A model generated the notes under the pieces. It made no database searches. It was not told where the DNA came from and saw only the letters and a program-made list of their open reading frames with translations. A stretch of DNA of 64,000 bases, taken from NCBI GenBank assembly GCA_003971905.1, contig RSEE01000001.1:1612001-1676000 (forward strand). Direction: 5' to 3'. Made by a program: the position numbers and the translations under genes. The first letter of the stretch is position 1. Every line of letters begins with the position of its first letter. Shown here piece by piece: positions 51,701 through 63,532 of this stretch. The stretch comes from Moniliella sp. 'wahieum'. Its lineage: Eukaryota.

Positions 51701-53342
51701 ACCCATCCACCCGGACACGGTTCAGCTCACCAAGGATGGCGTACCCCTCGCTCCCAAGACGCTCAAGGGTCTCGAGACTCACCCCTCCTTTGCCATGGTC
51801 AAGCAGGCTATGGCCGACGAGGTGGCCACACTCGCGCGATACGGCACCTACGAGGCTACGTACCCACCACCGGGTGCACAAATCCTCATAGGACTATGGC
51901 GCATCACCACAAAGACGGACGCCGAGGGCCGGTTCCTGCGCCACCGCGCGCGCTTTGTCGCGGGCGGACACCAACAATCGGCCGAGACTTGGGGCCAGAC
52001 GTTCGCACCATCGGTGCGCACACCTGCCATCCTGACCCTCGTCGTGCTGGCCGAGAAGTATAAGTTTGGCCTCTTCTCGGCGGACGTCAATGCAGCGTAC
52101 CTGAACGCCCCCCTCGAAGAAGCAGTCTACATCCGCCCACCCCCCTACTTCCCCGAAGCGGGTGGTCGCGTGTGGCGTCTCAAGAAGAGTCTATACGGGC
52201 TACATCAGAGCGGAGCAAACTGGGCACGATACATCCGGAACCTGCTGCGTGACAAGCTCGGCTTCACGCAAAGCTTGACCGAGCCCTGCTTGTTCGTGCG
52301 CGCTGCACCACCGGGTGAGCAGATCCTCCTGGCGGTCCACACCGACGATCTGCTCCTCGCATGCAAGTCACACCAAAAGTACGAGGAGTTTATGGCCGAG
52401 ATAAACACACACATTGATGTTCGTGGTAACGGTCCCCTTCACTACCACCTGGGATGCCAATACGATCGGATCGGTGGGGAGCTGTACCTGAGCCAACCAA
52501 AGTTCATCGAGGAAGTGGTGGCAAAGCACCACATCAAAGCCCCGTGGATCCGGACTCTCCCACATCCCGTACGGATGATACCGCCCCGTGCCGACCCTGA
52601 ACCCCCATCCCTCCCAGCCTTGCGCAAGGCATATCAGGGGAAGATCGGATCGGGACTGTGGGCTGCACGAATGGGCCGGCCTGACTCCCTCTTCGCTATC
52701 ACGGCCCTCAGCAGAGCCGCTGCCGACCCATCGCAGCAGCATCATCAAGCAGTCGATGACTTCCTTCGCTACCTGTACCATACTCGAGGAAAGGGCCTGA
52801 GGTTGACCCCAACATCAGATGCACCGGCCATTGCGCTGTATACAGATTCCGACTTGGCGGGAGATCCCATCCAGGCACGCTCCACATCTGGATGCCTACT
52901 GATGGTGTACGGTGTGCCGGTGTCGTGGCGATCCATTCTTCAGCCGAAGAGCGTTACCAGTACCGCCGCCGCCGAATATACGGCAGGATATGATGGACTG
53001 GTTGACGCCAACTATGTCAAGAACATCATGATCGAGCTTGGGGCCATCGGCGAGGGTACACCCATTCATTGGTATTGCGACAATAAGTCTGTCGTCGATC
53101 TCGCCCACAAATTTGGCAGCACCGGCAAGCTCCGAGAGCTGAAGATCCGGTACCACAATGTACGGCAACACGTGGACTCGGGCGAGGCCATACTTGTACA
53201 CATCCCCGGCGAAAGGAACCCAGCGGACGTCCTCACCAAGCCTCTCGGCCGTCCCGCCCTGACAAGCCATCTTGCTCAACTCCGCGTCGAGGAGATGGAT
53301 CCAGTCCACATGACTGGGCCCTCCGGTCAGCGGGGGTGTTGA
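48716..53342 (+). CDS. Copia gag-pol polyprotein (frameshifted in this assembly)
   Basis: Protease YDSGA (~49950); integrase CPTC, VDDFTRY, NGVAER and KLSARAEEGMLVGY; RT RARFVAGGHQQ, ADVNAAYLN, LKKSLYGLHQSG, VHTDDLL; RNase H YTDSD, AAEY, CDN, NPADVLTK. Confidence 0.93.
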
Positions 53343-53496
53343 CATCCGTCCTAGGACCGCGCGGACCCTGAGTCACGTGAGTCAGCTTTCATTCCTTCCG
53401 AGCTCGCACCAGTCTTCTGGACGAGTCAGTCGCAGAAGCTTCTTAGTCCAATACGACGTTCAGTGCTCACATTCTGTGGTAGTAGCGAGGCCGACA
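53337..53496 (+). repeat. 3' LTR
   Basis: Identical to the 5' LTR. The pol stop codon lies inside it. Confidence 0.97.
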
Positions 53497-54145
53497 ATCG
53501 CATCATCTTTGCAATCCAATTCTCACGCTCTTTGATTTGGATGCCACTGCACGTTGCGAAGGGGAGATGTAACGCGTAACGCGTAATGTACCTACTTCTG
53601 ACGCACAATAATGTAACAAGTCCACGTGTCCCAGATTCAATGGAGAGCAAGGTCAGGAGAAGCGCCTGGGTCCAGTCGGGCAGAACGGAGTCGAGTCGGA
53701 ACTGCCGCCTGGTGCCCTCTCGATCAGACAGAAACCTAGAAAACCTATACCAGGTGTGCCCGCCTATATAGACAGTGTGGCCGAGCGGGACACTTGACCG
53801 TCATCGCGTCATCCGACCAGTCAATCTATTCGCGTCAGAAGAGACGATGTCCAGATCGGTTTACGGTCGCCCTGGCGCTTGGTGAGGCCTCCCTGAGGCC
53901 TGAGGCGAACCTTAGTTTTTGACACGCTCTCTTCCCCGGCCTGGTAGCTGAGCCGAGACGGCCACCGGGCGCGGTGGCCGTCTGTCCCATCCGTCGGCTC
54001 GCCAGCGCACACGTCCAGTCCCCAGATACATTGGGGGACGGCGATATATGAACCCAAGAAAGGCGACCGGTGTTCCTATACGAACGGAGCGGTGGTGTGC
54101 GGTTGACATGCGTGTTTCATTGATGACCGAGGACATGAAACCACC

Positions 54146-54495
54146 GCACCAGAGGGCAGACGAGCTCGGCAATGCATCGAGTAACTAGTAACTAGTAACT
54201 AAGCCTGAGCGCCAGTGGCTCTCTCTCACTGGGAAGAACCAGAGCACAGACCCGCTCGGCAGTGCATTGACTAGCAGCTCGGCTCAATGCAAGTGGCTCT
54301 CTCAGTGCGAAGCACCAGAGAGCAGATCAGCTCGGTAGTACAGTGACTAACTAGTGTTTGCGCCAGTGGCTCTCTCTGTGTGATGCACCAGAGGGCAGGC
54401 TGGCTCGGATGTACATTGACTAACTAACTGCGTGAGCGCAAAAGACTTTCTCTGTGGGAGGCGCCAGAACGCAGGCTGGCTGGGCTAGATGCACG
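54146..54495. repeat. Degenerate ~76-bp tandem array, ~4.5 units
   Basis: GCACCAGAG-like anchors at 54146, 54236, 54312, 54385 and 54461. Conserved blocks GCAG-N4-GCTCGG, TGACTAA and AGTGGCTCTCTC. Confidence 0.85.
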
Positions 54496-55502
54496 CATCA
54501 GTGGTGTTCTTAGTTCCTCCTCCGCGCTTCCTGTCAATATCGGAACGTAGTAGCTCTTTTGGGAGCAATGCAGTGAATGTCACGACTTTACCCCTTACCC
54601 CTCCATCATCCCACCGTTTGCTGCACATTAATCGCTCAGTACCAAAAAATCTGCACCCAAACGGAGTCCACCAGGGAAACTCCTCGAAAAGGCTTCTTCC
54701 CTGTCGCTAATAGAAGCGGACCAAGCACTGAGCGCCCTAAGATTACAGCTGAGAGAATATATACTACGTAGTGACCTCTGAGGCCTGACTAGTGACTGCC
54801 GGGAGAAAACATGCGTATTTCTCGAGGGATGGGACTGAATATTGATGAGGACCATCGGTCCCAAACCAAACCCATCTCGGCTATTTTTTTACTGTACCAG
54901 TCTCTCTCCAAGATGTGTGCTGTTCGCCCGGAAGAGAGGTCGTTGGGTGCACCTCTGGCACTTGACTTTCTTGCCGCATTGTCTTGCTCCGCAGTCGTGT
55001 TTCAATGGCTGATGAGTACGATGTAGTAGAGAGTAATGAGCAACAGTCGAAGAAGAGGCTCACAGCTCACACAGTACCAAAGTTGGAGGCATACTTGCCA
55101 TGCCGATGAGATGAGGAGAAGCGCTCACAAATAGCAGAGCACGCCAGGGAACAGGCACGTGGGAAACCCCGTAGAACTAGCAGGCGGGAGGCGGGGGGCA
55201 GGACCGCATGGACAGAAAGGATGCTGACGTCAGCCCTCCACGCTGGCAGCGTGCGTCCGCGTGCTGGGCGGGGCGGGATGGATGATTAATTGATTAATGA
55301 TTGATCGATGATTATGGACGGTCGGCTGCGCCTCGTTCGTTCGTTCGTTCTTCCCCACAAGTCGGTTGCCAGCGCTTTCTGCTTGCGCTTGGCTGCGGTC
55401 CCGCCTGTCGATCCGCACGCCCCATCGCACCTCATTCCCATCCCCATCCCCATCCCCATCCCCACCCCCATCCCCCCCCCCCGCCCCGATACCCCCGCCG
55501 CC

Positions 55503-58317
55503 ATGTCCACCGGCCCCCGCCGCCGCGCCCGCCTACACGCTCGCCACCCTCGTCTTCGACCTGGCTCTGTGCTTCTGGCGCGTCGTCCTCCGCATCTTCT
55601 TCCGCTCCATCCGCCCCCGGGGCGCCTGGCACATCCCCGCCGTCAACGATGGCACGGCCGTCATCTTTGCCGCCGCACCCCACCACAACCAGTTCCTCGA
55701 CCCGCTCCTGCTAGGCAACGAGGCCTTCCGCGCCTCCGGCCGCCGCGTCAGCTCCTCACCGCGAAAAGAGTCTGCACCGCAAGTTCATCGGTCCCGCTGC
55801 CCGCGCACTTGGCTCCATCGCCGTCGTCCGCGCTGCAGACCGCGCCAAGCCCGGCATCGGCCGCATTTCCTTCTTCCCCGCTGACCCCGGTGCCGCCCCC
55901 AATGAACTGCGCATCAAGGGGTACAACACCCAGTTTACCAAGCAGCTCGAAGTTCGTGGCCAGCTTGTCCTCCCCAAGTCCTTTGGTTCCTCGTCCGCTG
56001 AGGTGGAGGAGATCGTCAGTGACACGGAATGTCGCATCAAACGCAAGTTTAAGGATGTGTCCAATAAGCTATCGGCTACCCAAGCGCTGTCCTCGTTCGC
56101 GGTCTCGCCTTTGGATGCCGATACCCCATTGCCTGGTGTCGAGTTCACTGTGTTTCCCTACATTGACCAATCTCAAATGTATGGCCAAGTGTTCAAGAAG
56201 CTGACCGAGGGCGGAAGTCTCGGGATCTTCCCTGAAGGTTCGTCCTGCTCTTTTTCGCTTTGAGCGTGCTTGAGTGACTAGTGACTGACGATTCCCCCTC
56301 CCCCCTCTCCTACTTGTTTTTAGGAGGCTCTCATGACCGGACGGACTTGCTCCCGCTCAAACGCGGTGTGGTCATTATGGCCCTGGGCGCGATGGAATCC
56401 AACCCCCAGCTCAAGGTGCGCATCGTACCGGTCGGCATGTCGTATTTCCACCCTCACAAGTTCCGCTCGCGTGCGGTGGTCGAGTTTGGAAGCCCGATCG
56501 AGGTGCCATCGGACCTAGTTCATATGTTTTCTCAAGGCGGGGACAAGAAGCGCGAGGCAGTGGAGAAGTTGATGGAAATCGTCTACGATGGAATCAAGTC
56601 GGTTACCGTACGTTCCCCGGACTATGAGACGCTTCAGCTCATCCAAGCCGGTCGACGTCTGTATGTGCCACCTGGGATGGCCTATACTAAGGGCGCAGCA
56701 TCTCTTAACGGAGAGGCAGGAGGAGATCAGGAACCAGGACAAGGACCCATGCCGCCTTCGAGCCATGCCCGCTTGACTTTGGGCCAGGTTGTTGATCTGA
56801 ACCGCCGCTTTATTTTGGGCTATCTCCGGTTCCAAGACAACCCGTGTCCAACAGTTCAAGGCCGACGTGCTGGCCTACAACAGAAAACTCAAGGACGCAG
56901 GGCTGCGGGACCACCAAGTCGAGGTGGCACACCAAGCTGATTGGCAAGTGGGCGGGCTGTTGATGTACAGGATCTTCTTGTTGGCCTTGTGGGGCAGCTT
57001 GGCCTTGCCTGGGTTCATCCTGAACGTACCAATCTTTATCGTTGCCAAGGTGATCAGTCGTAAAAAAGGCCAAGGAGGCACTGGCTGCGTCTCAGGTCAA
57101 ACTCCAAGGTCGCGACGTTCTAGCTACTTGGAAAGTACTTGTCTCGCTGGGCATGGCCCCCATCCTGCTACTCGATTTACGCGATTATTTTGTCGTACTA
57201 CCTCTACACGCGTGATGTGTTGCCTCAAGCTCACGCTTGGTGGCTCGCTCCCTTGTCTGCCCTCGCCGCACTACCCTTACTGGCCTACAGCACGATCAAG
57301 TTTGGCGAGGCGGGCGTGGACATTTACAAGCTCGCTCCCGCCCTTGATTCTCAGTCTGATTCCTGGACGCGGGAACCAAATTGAATCGCTGCAACAAACA
57401 CGGCGCAAGTTGTCCAAGAACTTGCAAGAGTTGATCGACGAACTTGCACCTCAAATCTGGCCCGACTATGAGCAATACAAACGCACGATGATTGATCGTG
57501 CACGTCGTGAGCGCAAGTCGGATGCGGTAGATACCGTGAGCCAATTGGGACTGCCTGCGCCGACTGAGTATGCACCTCCTGGGCATGGGTCAGTGACGAG
57601 GTCTTGTTTGGCTGGGTTGCTTCGGGTCTACATCGTCCCTCCTCGAGGCAAGGTATCCACTCCCCACTTGTCTCTTTCAAGCAGTCTCCTTCGCTCGCCT
57701 CGACCCACACAGGGGAAGACGCCAAGACATCCTCCCTGGCGGGCGAGAGCATTCCGGACTTGTCTCTGCCCCAGCCAATTGTAGACGACGCTCCCGATGA
57801 GGCCGAGTACCAAGATGCCATGGACGATGCTGCGCGGGAAGTGGAGGATACGCGACGGCTTTTACGGCGCAAGCTAAGGCCCAAGCAGCGGCTCGGACCA
57901 AATCTACCCCTCGGGCCCCATCGCTTCACTCGCTCTCCGAGTCCATCTCCAAGATGCTCCCGCTCAAAGAAGATAAAGATAAGAAACGTTCTTCTTTGGA
58001 TGCGCCTATTCCCCCCCACCGGTGTCGTTCCTGCCGCGGAGGCTGAGGTTACCTCTTCGACAGCTACCACCTCAGCCGTTCCCGCGGCCTCGGTCCCGAC
58101 CCACCGACTGCCCACTCACGCAAACCCGTTGACTCGTCTTCGGCTGGGCTCTAAGGGCTCTAAGGCAAGGGCTCTAAGGGCTCGAACCTCAGGTGAGCCT
58201 CAGCCTGAGGCCTCACTTGGCTGTGGCAGTAACTGCTTCCCAGCTACTACTACTACGACACCAAAACTTTGTCTCATGGCCTACGCTGGGATTCGTCGCT
58301 TTGGCTTATTAGCTTAA
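55503..58317 (+). CDS. Glycerol-3-phosphate O-acyltransferase (Sct1/Gpt2 family); 3' end uncertain
   Basis: APHHNQFLDP (HxxxxD), GIFPEG|GSHDRTDLLPLK across intron 56238-56323, VPVGMSYFHPHKFRSRAVVEFG, C-terminal TM segments. Frameshifts. Confidence 0.9.
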
Positions 58318-59141
58318 GTCCCCTCGCTCGCTCACTTTGTTCGTTCCCTTCTTCCGGTCTTCAGGCCTACGGTTCTCACTCTCACCGGTCACCCCCTTTC
58401 TTTCCTCCATCTCCCTTTTTTTGCTTTTGCCTCCTCCCCCCCCCCTCACCTTCACAATCTCTTGTTCTCCCCTCACCTTCACAATCTCTTGTTTCCCCCT
58501 CACTCTCACCCTCACCCTCCTCTTTCTTCAATCTTGTCTTATGGTGACGTGTGATTCAGTATTCCTTTACGTATTCCTACGTATTCCGACGCTGTCCAGC
58601 TCGTTGCAGCGCACGATCATTCCTTCCTGCCAACTTGTAGCGTGGTGTCCGGGGCCTGGGGACCGGGGAGCACGACGACCATAGCGATGAGCGATGTCGA
58701 TGAGCGATGAGCGCCCGCGGAGCTTCCTTGGTGTGTGGTCCTGTGTTCCGCGCCGGGATGCTGAGTGCTGACCTGGTTTGGTGGCCTTGACGCCTCGACG
58801 GTTTGATCTTGCCACCCATGGCAGGTACTGCGAATGATTAATGATGCGGATGCAGGCGCGAGGAGTCAGCCTCAGCTGCGGAGTTTGGCCAGCCAAGGCT
58901 CGTAGATATTATTGGACCGGGACGTGTACGTGTACTGGGTGGTTGCACGTGTTGATTCAGCACAGGCGGCGGAACACACACTGGCGCCGTGCCTATGACC
59001 TTACGTCATCCGCCTGCCCCACCCTCCCCCGTACTCGCCTCCCACCCTCGCCACCTTCTGGGCTGATAGAGCGCCCGCCCCCACCACCTCTTCCTCTTCC
59101 TCCTCTCTCTCCTCCTCCTCTTCTTCGTGCGCTCCCTTCCC

Positions 59142-59926
59142 ATGTACAACCCTACGCGCGGCGTGTCCAGCGCCGCTGTCAAGCGGCTTATGATCGAGTA
59201 CAAGCAGCTCTCCTCCGACCCCGATGCCGTGGTGGTCGCCGGTCCTGTGAGCGAGGACAACTACCTCGAGTGGGAGGCGCTCGTGCCAGGGCCCGACGAT
59301 ACGCCGTACGAGGGCGGCGTTTTCCCTGCCCGCCTCTCTTTCCCGCCCACCTACCCGCTCGAACCGCCCAAGATGGTATTTGACCCGCCTGTTCCCCCCA
59401 ATGGTACGTCTCTTCCACGTTGGACATTGGTCTGGCTCCACCCGCACTGACACCTTCCTGCTCTACTTAGTCTACGCCAACGGGACGGTGTGCATCAGTA
59501 TCCTGCACGCTGCGGGCGATGACCCTAACAGTAAGTCTTGTTCCCCCCCTCTGCCCCGCCTCACCTCAACCCTTCGTTTCTAACCTACGCCCTATGCTTG
59601 GTGCAGTGTACGAGTCGTCGTCGGAGCGCTGGTCGCCTGTCCAGTCGATCGAGAAGATCCTCCTGAGTGTCGTTAGCATGCTTGCCGAGCCCAACGTCGA
59701 GAGCGGAGCTAACATTGATGCTTGTGTACGTCCCTTACGTCCCTTACGTCCCCCTTGTGTTGTGTTGTGGTTTGCCACTACCGCGCGCACCACTGACCAC
59801 TGACGATTGATGATTGACCATTGATCACTGACCTTTGACCTGTGCTGCTAGAAACTGTATCGCGACGACCGCGCTGCATACGAGAAGAAGATCCGGGACA
59901 GCGTGGCGCAGCAGTTGGGTCTCTAG
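59142..59926 (+). CDS. UBC7: E2 ubiquitin-conjugating enzyme, Ubc7/UBE2G family
   Basis: [18 protein letters not shown], active site VCISILH with acidic loop [21 protein letters not shown]. Introns 59404-59470, 59531-59606 and 59726-59851. Confidence 0.95.
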
Positions 59927-60708
59927 GCTTGTGCGCCTTGGCTCGCAGGCGCACGCTGCCCTCCCTCGCGACCGCTTCGCTCTCTGCTCACCACGATGGA
60001 CATGAGTATGAGCGGTCGGATGCACCCTTGTTTTGTTCTGTTCGATGGGTATGGGTATACCGCCATCTCCCTCGCTCCTATCCTTGTCCAAGGCGTTCAA
60101 TTTGGCGAGAGAGAGAGATAGAGAGAGAGAAAGAGTGTGGCGGTCGTTGCTTTGCTTTGCTTTGTCTTGCTGAGCCTCAGCGCTGAGATGATTAATGATT
60201 GCTGTCATGGCTGGGTGCGCTGATCAACGTCAAGCTTCAAGTGGGATCGGCGGGCGTGGGTTGTACTCTGTCGTAACCGGGAACGCATGTGCGTGGCGGA
60301 TGCGCTTGAATCCCATAAAATCCCATGCGGCTATGGCCGGGTCGTTCATTGGCCGCTGCTGTTGCTATTGCTGTGCTATTGCTGCTGCGATTGCTGCTGC
60401 TATTGCTGCTGAATGGTGGAGAGACGTAGGTGCAGGTGGCCAGGAGAAAGCGCCAGTTGAGGACCCCGACCAGCAGTCCCAGCCTGGTTCGGTTCCACGT
60501 GAAGCGTCGGGTACTCAGTACTCAGTACTCAGTAGGCTCCGTCGGCTGAAATGTGAAATGATCAATGCCCCGTCCACGCTGCACTTAATAGCCCCGAGTA
60601 CTGTCGGAAGCTCAGCGCTCCGTGCGCTCCGTCTCAGCGCAGCAGCCGGCGTTTTGCTGGCATCACCACCGCCTGTCCCTCTGACCCCGCGCCTCCCCGC
60701 GAGCGCCA

Positions 60709-62478
60709 ATGGCCGTCACGCTTTGGGCGCTGTTTGCAGCGGCGAGCCTGGGGTGGTACGTGGCCATTTGGACAGTTTGCTTGACCGGCCTGGCTGTCGC
60801 CCGCAAGCTCTTCCTCCCGCCCTTGGAGCGCTCGCCTCTGTCCTACACCGACGACACCGACCAGGACACATCCGACCAAGGCAACGGCAGCCGTGTGCCT
60901 TCCTTCTTTTCGGCTGGCCCAAGGGTTCCATCCCTTCCCCCGCGCGGCCTGTCGCTCCTGGGCTCAGCGTCTTGCGTCCTCTGGCCGGACACGATGCTAA
61001 CCTGGATGCCAACCTGAGCTCGATGTTTGAGCAAGAGTACCCCCGGTCGCGGTACGAGATTCTGATGAGTGTGGCCGATGCGTCGGACCCTGCGTATCGG
61101 GTGGCGCAGGAAGTACGAGCACGCTACCCTGGCGTGAAGAGCACAGTGATTGTGGGGACGAGCAGGCTGGGGTCAATCCCAAGATCAACAACTTGGTCCG
61201 CGCCTATGCCCAAGCTTCGTTTGATCTGATCTGGGTGGTGGACAGCCAAGTGTGGCTTCCGCCCGGGGCAGCAGGACGAGCGGTACAGAGTTTGCTGATG
61301 CCCACGCCGAAACCTCCACCAGCATGGATGGGTCGGTCGCCGCACAGCCCACGTGTAGGACTGGTGCATCATGTCCCCCTTGCTGTTCGCCCGGGGCCCA
61401 ATTGGGGGTCCCAAGTCGAACGTGTCTTTCTCTCCACCACCCACGCTAAAATGTACTTGGCCATCAACCGTCTCGCCGTCGACTCGTGCGTCATGGGCAA
61501 GTCCAATCTCTACCGCCGTTCCGACCTGGCTCGCGTACCCGACACGTACTTTGGCGTGGACGCTTCGGGCTCGCGAGGCGAAGCGGGCGCAATTGGTTCG
61601 TCGGCATTTGCTTCTACCCTAGCGGCGGATCCGATTACTGCGACAAATGAGGCACATGCTCGTGCCTCCGTTCCTGATCCCCTACTTTGCCCACCGACCT
61701 GGGTCCTGGCACGGGCACCGGCTCCGTGGTACAAGGTAGTGCTCGCGCCTTGGCTCGGTTTGGGATTTACCTCGCCGAAGACAACATGCTTGCTCTGTCA
61801 TTATGGTCCGATCCGGTCCATCTTGCGCACCGCGTGAGCCCGGGCGATGTGGCGCACACGGCCGTAGGGGACATTCGGTCGCTGGGGGAATACGCGGCGC
61901 GGCGAATGCGGTGGATCCGGGTACGGAAGCACATGGTCATGGCGGCCACGTTGGTGGAACCGTTGACCGAGTCAGTTTGGGCAGGCGTGTTGGGCGCAGT
62001 GGCGTTCCGGTACTTTATTGTGGCCCGCTACTTGGCGTCGGGGCAAGTGGGTGGTGGACAACGTTATTTTACCTTGTGCACTTTGGTCTGTGGCATGCGG
62101 TGGATCGACAGGTCCTCTTTGCATGCAAGGTGGCACCCCGCTTGGCCCGGAAGAGCAAGTTCGGTTTACGTTGGCGTGGGGGCTGCGAGAACTGTTGGCG
62201 TTTCCAATTTGGCTGTGGGCCATGGCCGGAAGCACAGGTACGTCGTTCTTGTTGGTCCTCTTGTTCTCTTCTCTTCTCTTCTCTTCTCTTCTCTTTTCTT
62301 CTTCTGCCAGACTGGTTCTTTGTTGCTTCGACCGTTCTTCTAACACCTGTACATCATACGTCTCTGCGTTGCAGTCCAGTGGCGCGGGCGCACCTACCGC
62401 ATTCTCTCCTCGGGTCGGGCTGCCCGGGTGGCTCCCTCGGACGCAGAAGGTCACCAAGCCCTGTTGTCCGAACAGTGA
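60709..62478 (+). CDS. GCS1: Ceramide glucosyltransferase (glucosylceramide synthase, GT21)
   Basis: N-terminal TM, SVLRPLAGHD, GVNPKINNL, WVVDS, CVMGKSNLYRR, YLAEDN, RRMRWIRVRK. Intron 62238-62374, last exon VQWRGRTYR. Confidence 0.9.
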
Positions 62479-62629
62479 GCGGTGGGGCAAAGATGGCTCT
62501 CCTACGGCCTAACCTCTCGTTGTGCCGAATGCGGCAGTACCGTACCAAACATACGATGAATGGGTTCCGTCTGCCTGCTCTGTATTGTACAATATAACAT
62601 AGAAAGCCCCCTCCCACCCCTCACCTCGC

Positions 62630-63130
62630 TCAGAGTTTGGTACTATCGCCCCCCGGAACGCATCGGCATCTCGCAGGACGCATGGTCCTCCATAAATGAT
62701 GCGTTCCTGCAGTTCGGGGGCCAAGGAACGTGCCCACGCGACAAACGCCGCGTCTTCCGCGCCCGGCTGGAGCCATATGGCAGGCACGTTGAGGTCGAGC
62801 AGCGCCTGCCGTGCCGTGGCTAGCGACACGCGGGGCGGAGTGACGATGCTGATGGCTGTCTTGCTAGGGCCAGGCGGCGGGAGAGAAAGCAGGTTGGGCG
62901 CGACGGTCAAACCTTCGATTTGGGAAGCGGTGGGGTTGATAGGCGTGACAGGCAGGTTGCGCTGTGCGTACCACTTGACCAGCTTGTTGCCAAACTTGCT
63001 CTGGTCCGAGCTCGCTCCCACGACGGCAAATGCGTCTTGGGCCAGGAAGGTCTGCGGGGAAAGGCGGGCATCAGTATATGCGGGGGGCAGAGACGATGGG
63101 ACGTGCCTTGAATGCGGCTGGACTCGACAT
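62630..63130 (-). CDS. CoA-binding domain protein (YccU-like / CoA_binding_2)
   Basis: MSSPAAFK|TFLAQDAFAVVGASSDQSKFGNK, PVTPINP, SIVTPP, IWLQPGAED, GPCVL. Intron 63052-63106. Stop placed assuming one indel; the uncorrected frame runs to 62509. Confidence 0.85.
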
Positions 63131-63532
63131 GGGGGAGGATGGGGATGGGGATGGAGATGGGGGGAGTTGGAGACGGTGGGGCCGGTGGCGAAGCACGCCA
63201 TCATACGGCCACAACAACAGTGCGGGGTATTCGCTATCAACGCACATATGAACGTTCAACGTTCACCCGCTTTCCGCTGTCGAAACGCGCACACATTCCG
63301 CCCGAACACGCTGCGTACGTCAGCAGCCAAGGAAGGTTGGCCGCGCCGTTCCGCAGCCAAACAACTGCCCCCCCACCACCCCCCCCGAGGCCAGCGCAAC
63401 ACCGCCGCACCCACACCCCCCCTCCTCCTTCCGTCCTCCTTTCTCCCCTCCCTTCCTCCCCTTTCTCCTTCTCCCCCACTCCACTCCCACCCCATCCCCA
63501 CCCCACCCCCCCATCCCCACCCCCCCACCCCC

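Larger units (their letters stand above)
48456..53496 (+). mobile_element. Full-length Ty1/copia LTR retrotransposon
   Basis: Identical 160-bp LTRs (TG...CA), 5-bp target-site duplication ATCGC (48451-48455 and 53497-53501), domain order gag-PR-IN-RT-RH, G-rich PPT before the 3' LTR. Confidence 0.98.

Noticed and set aside
54113..54210. Hammerhead ribozyme or box C/D snoRNA (TGATGA...GAAAC; TGATGA...CTGA)
   Set aside because: No stem II closes between TGATGA and GAAA, and I found no terminal stem or recognisable rRNA guide.
54146..54495. CRISPR array or tRNA cluster
   Set aside because: Eukaryotic context, no cas genes, the variable parts are mutually homologous rather than unique spacers, and there is no B-box or cloverleaf.
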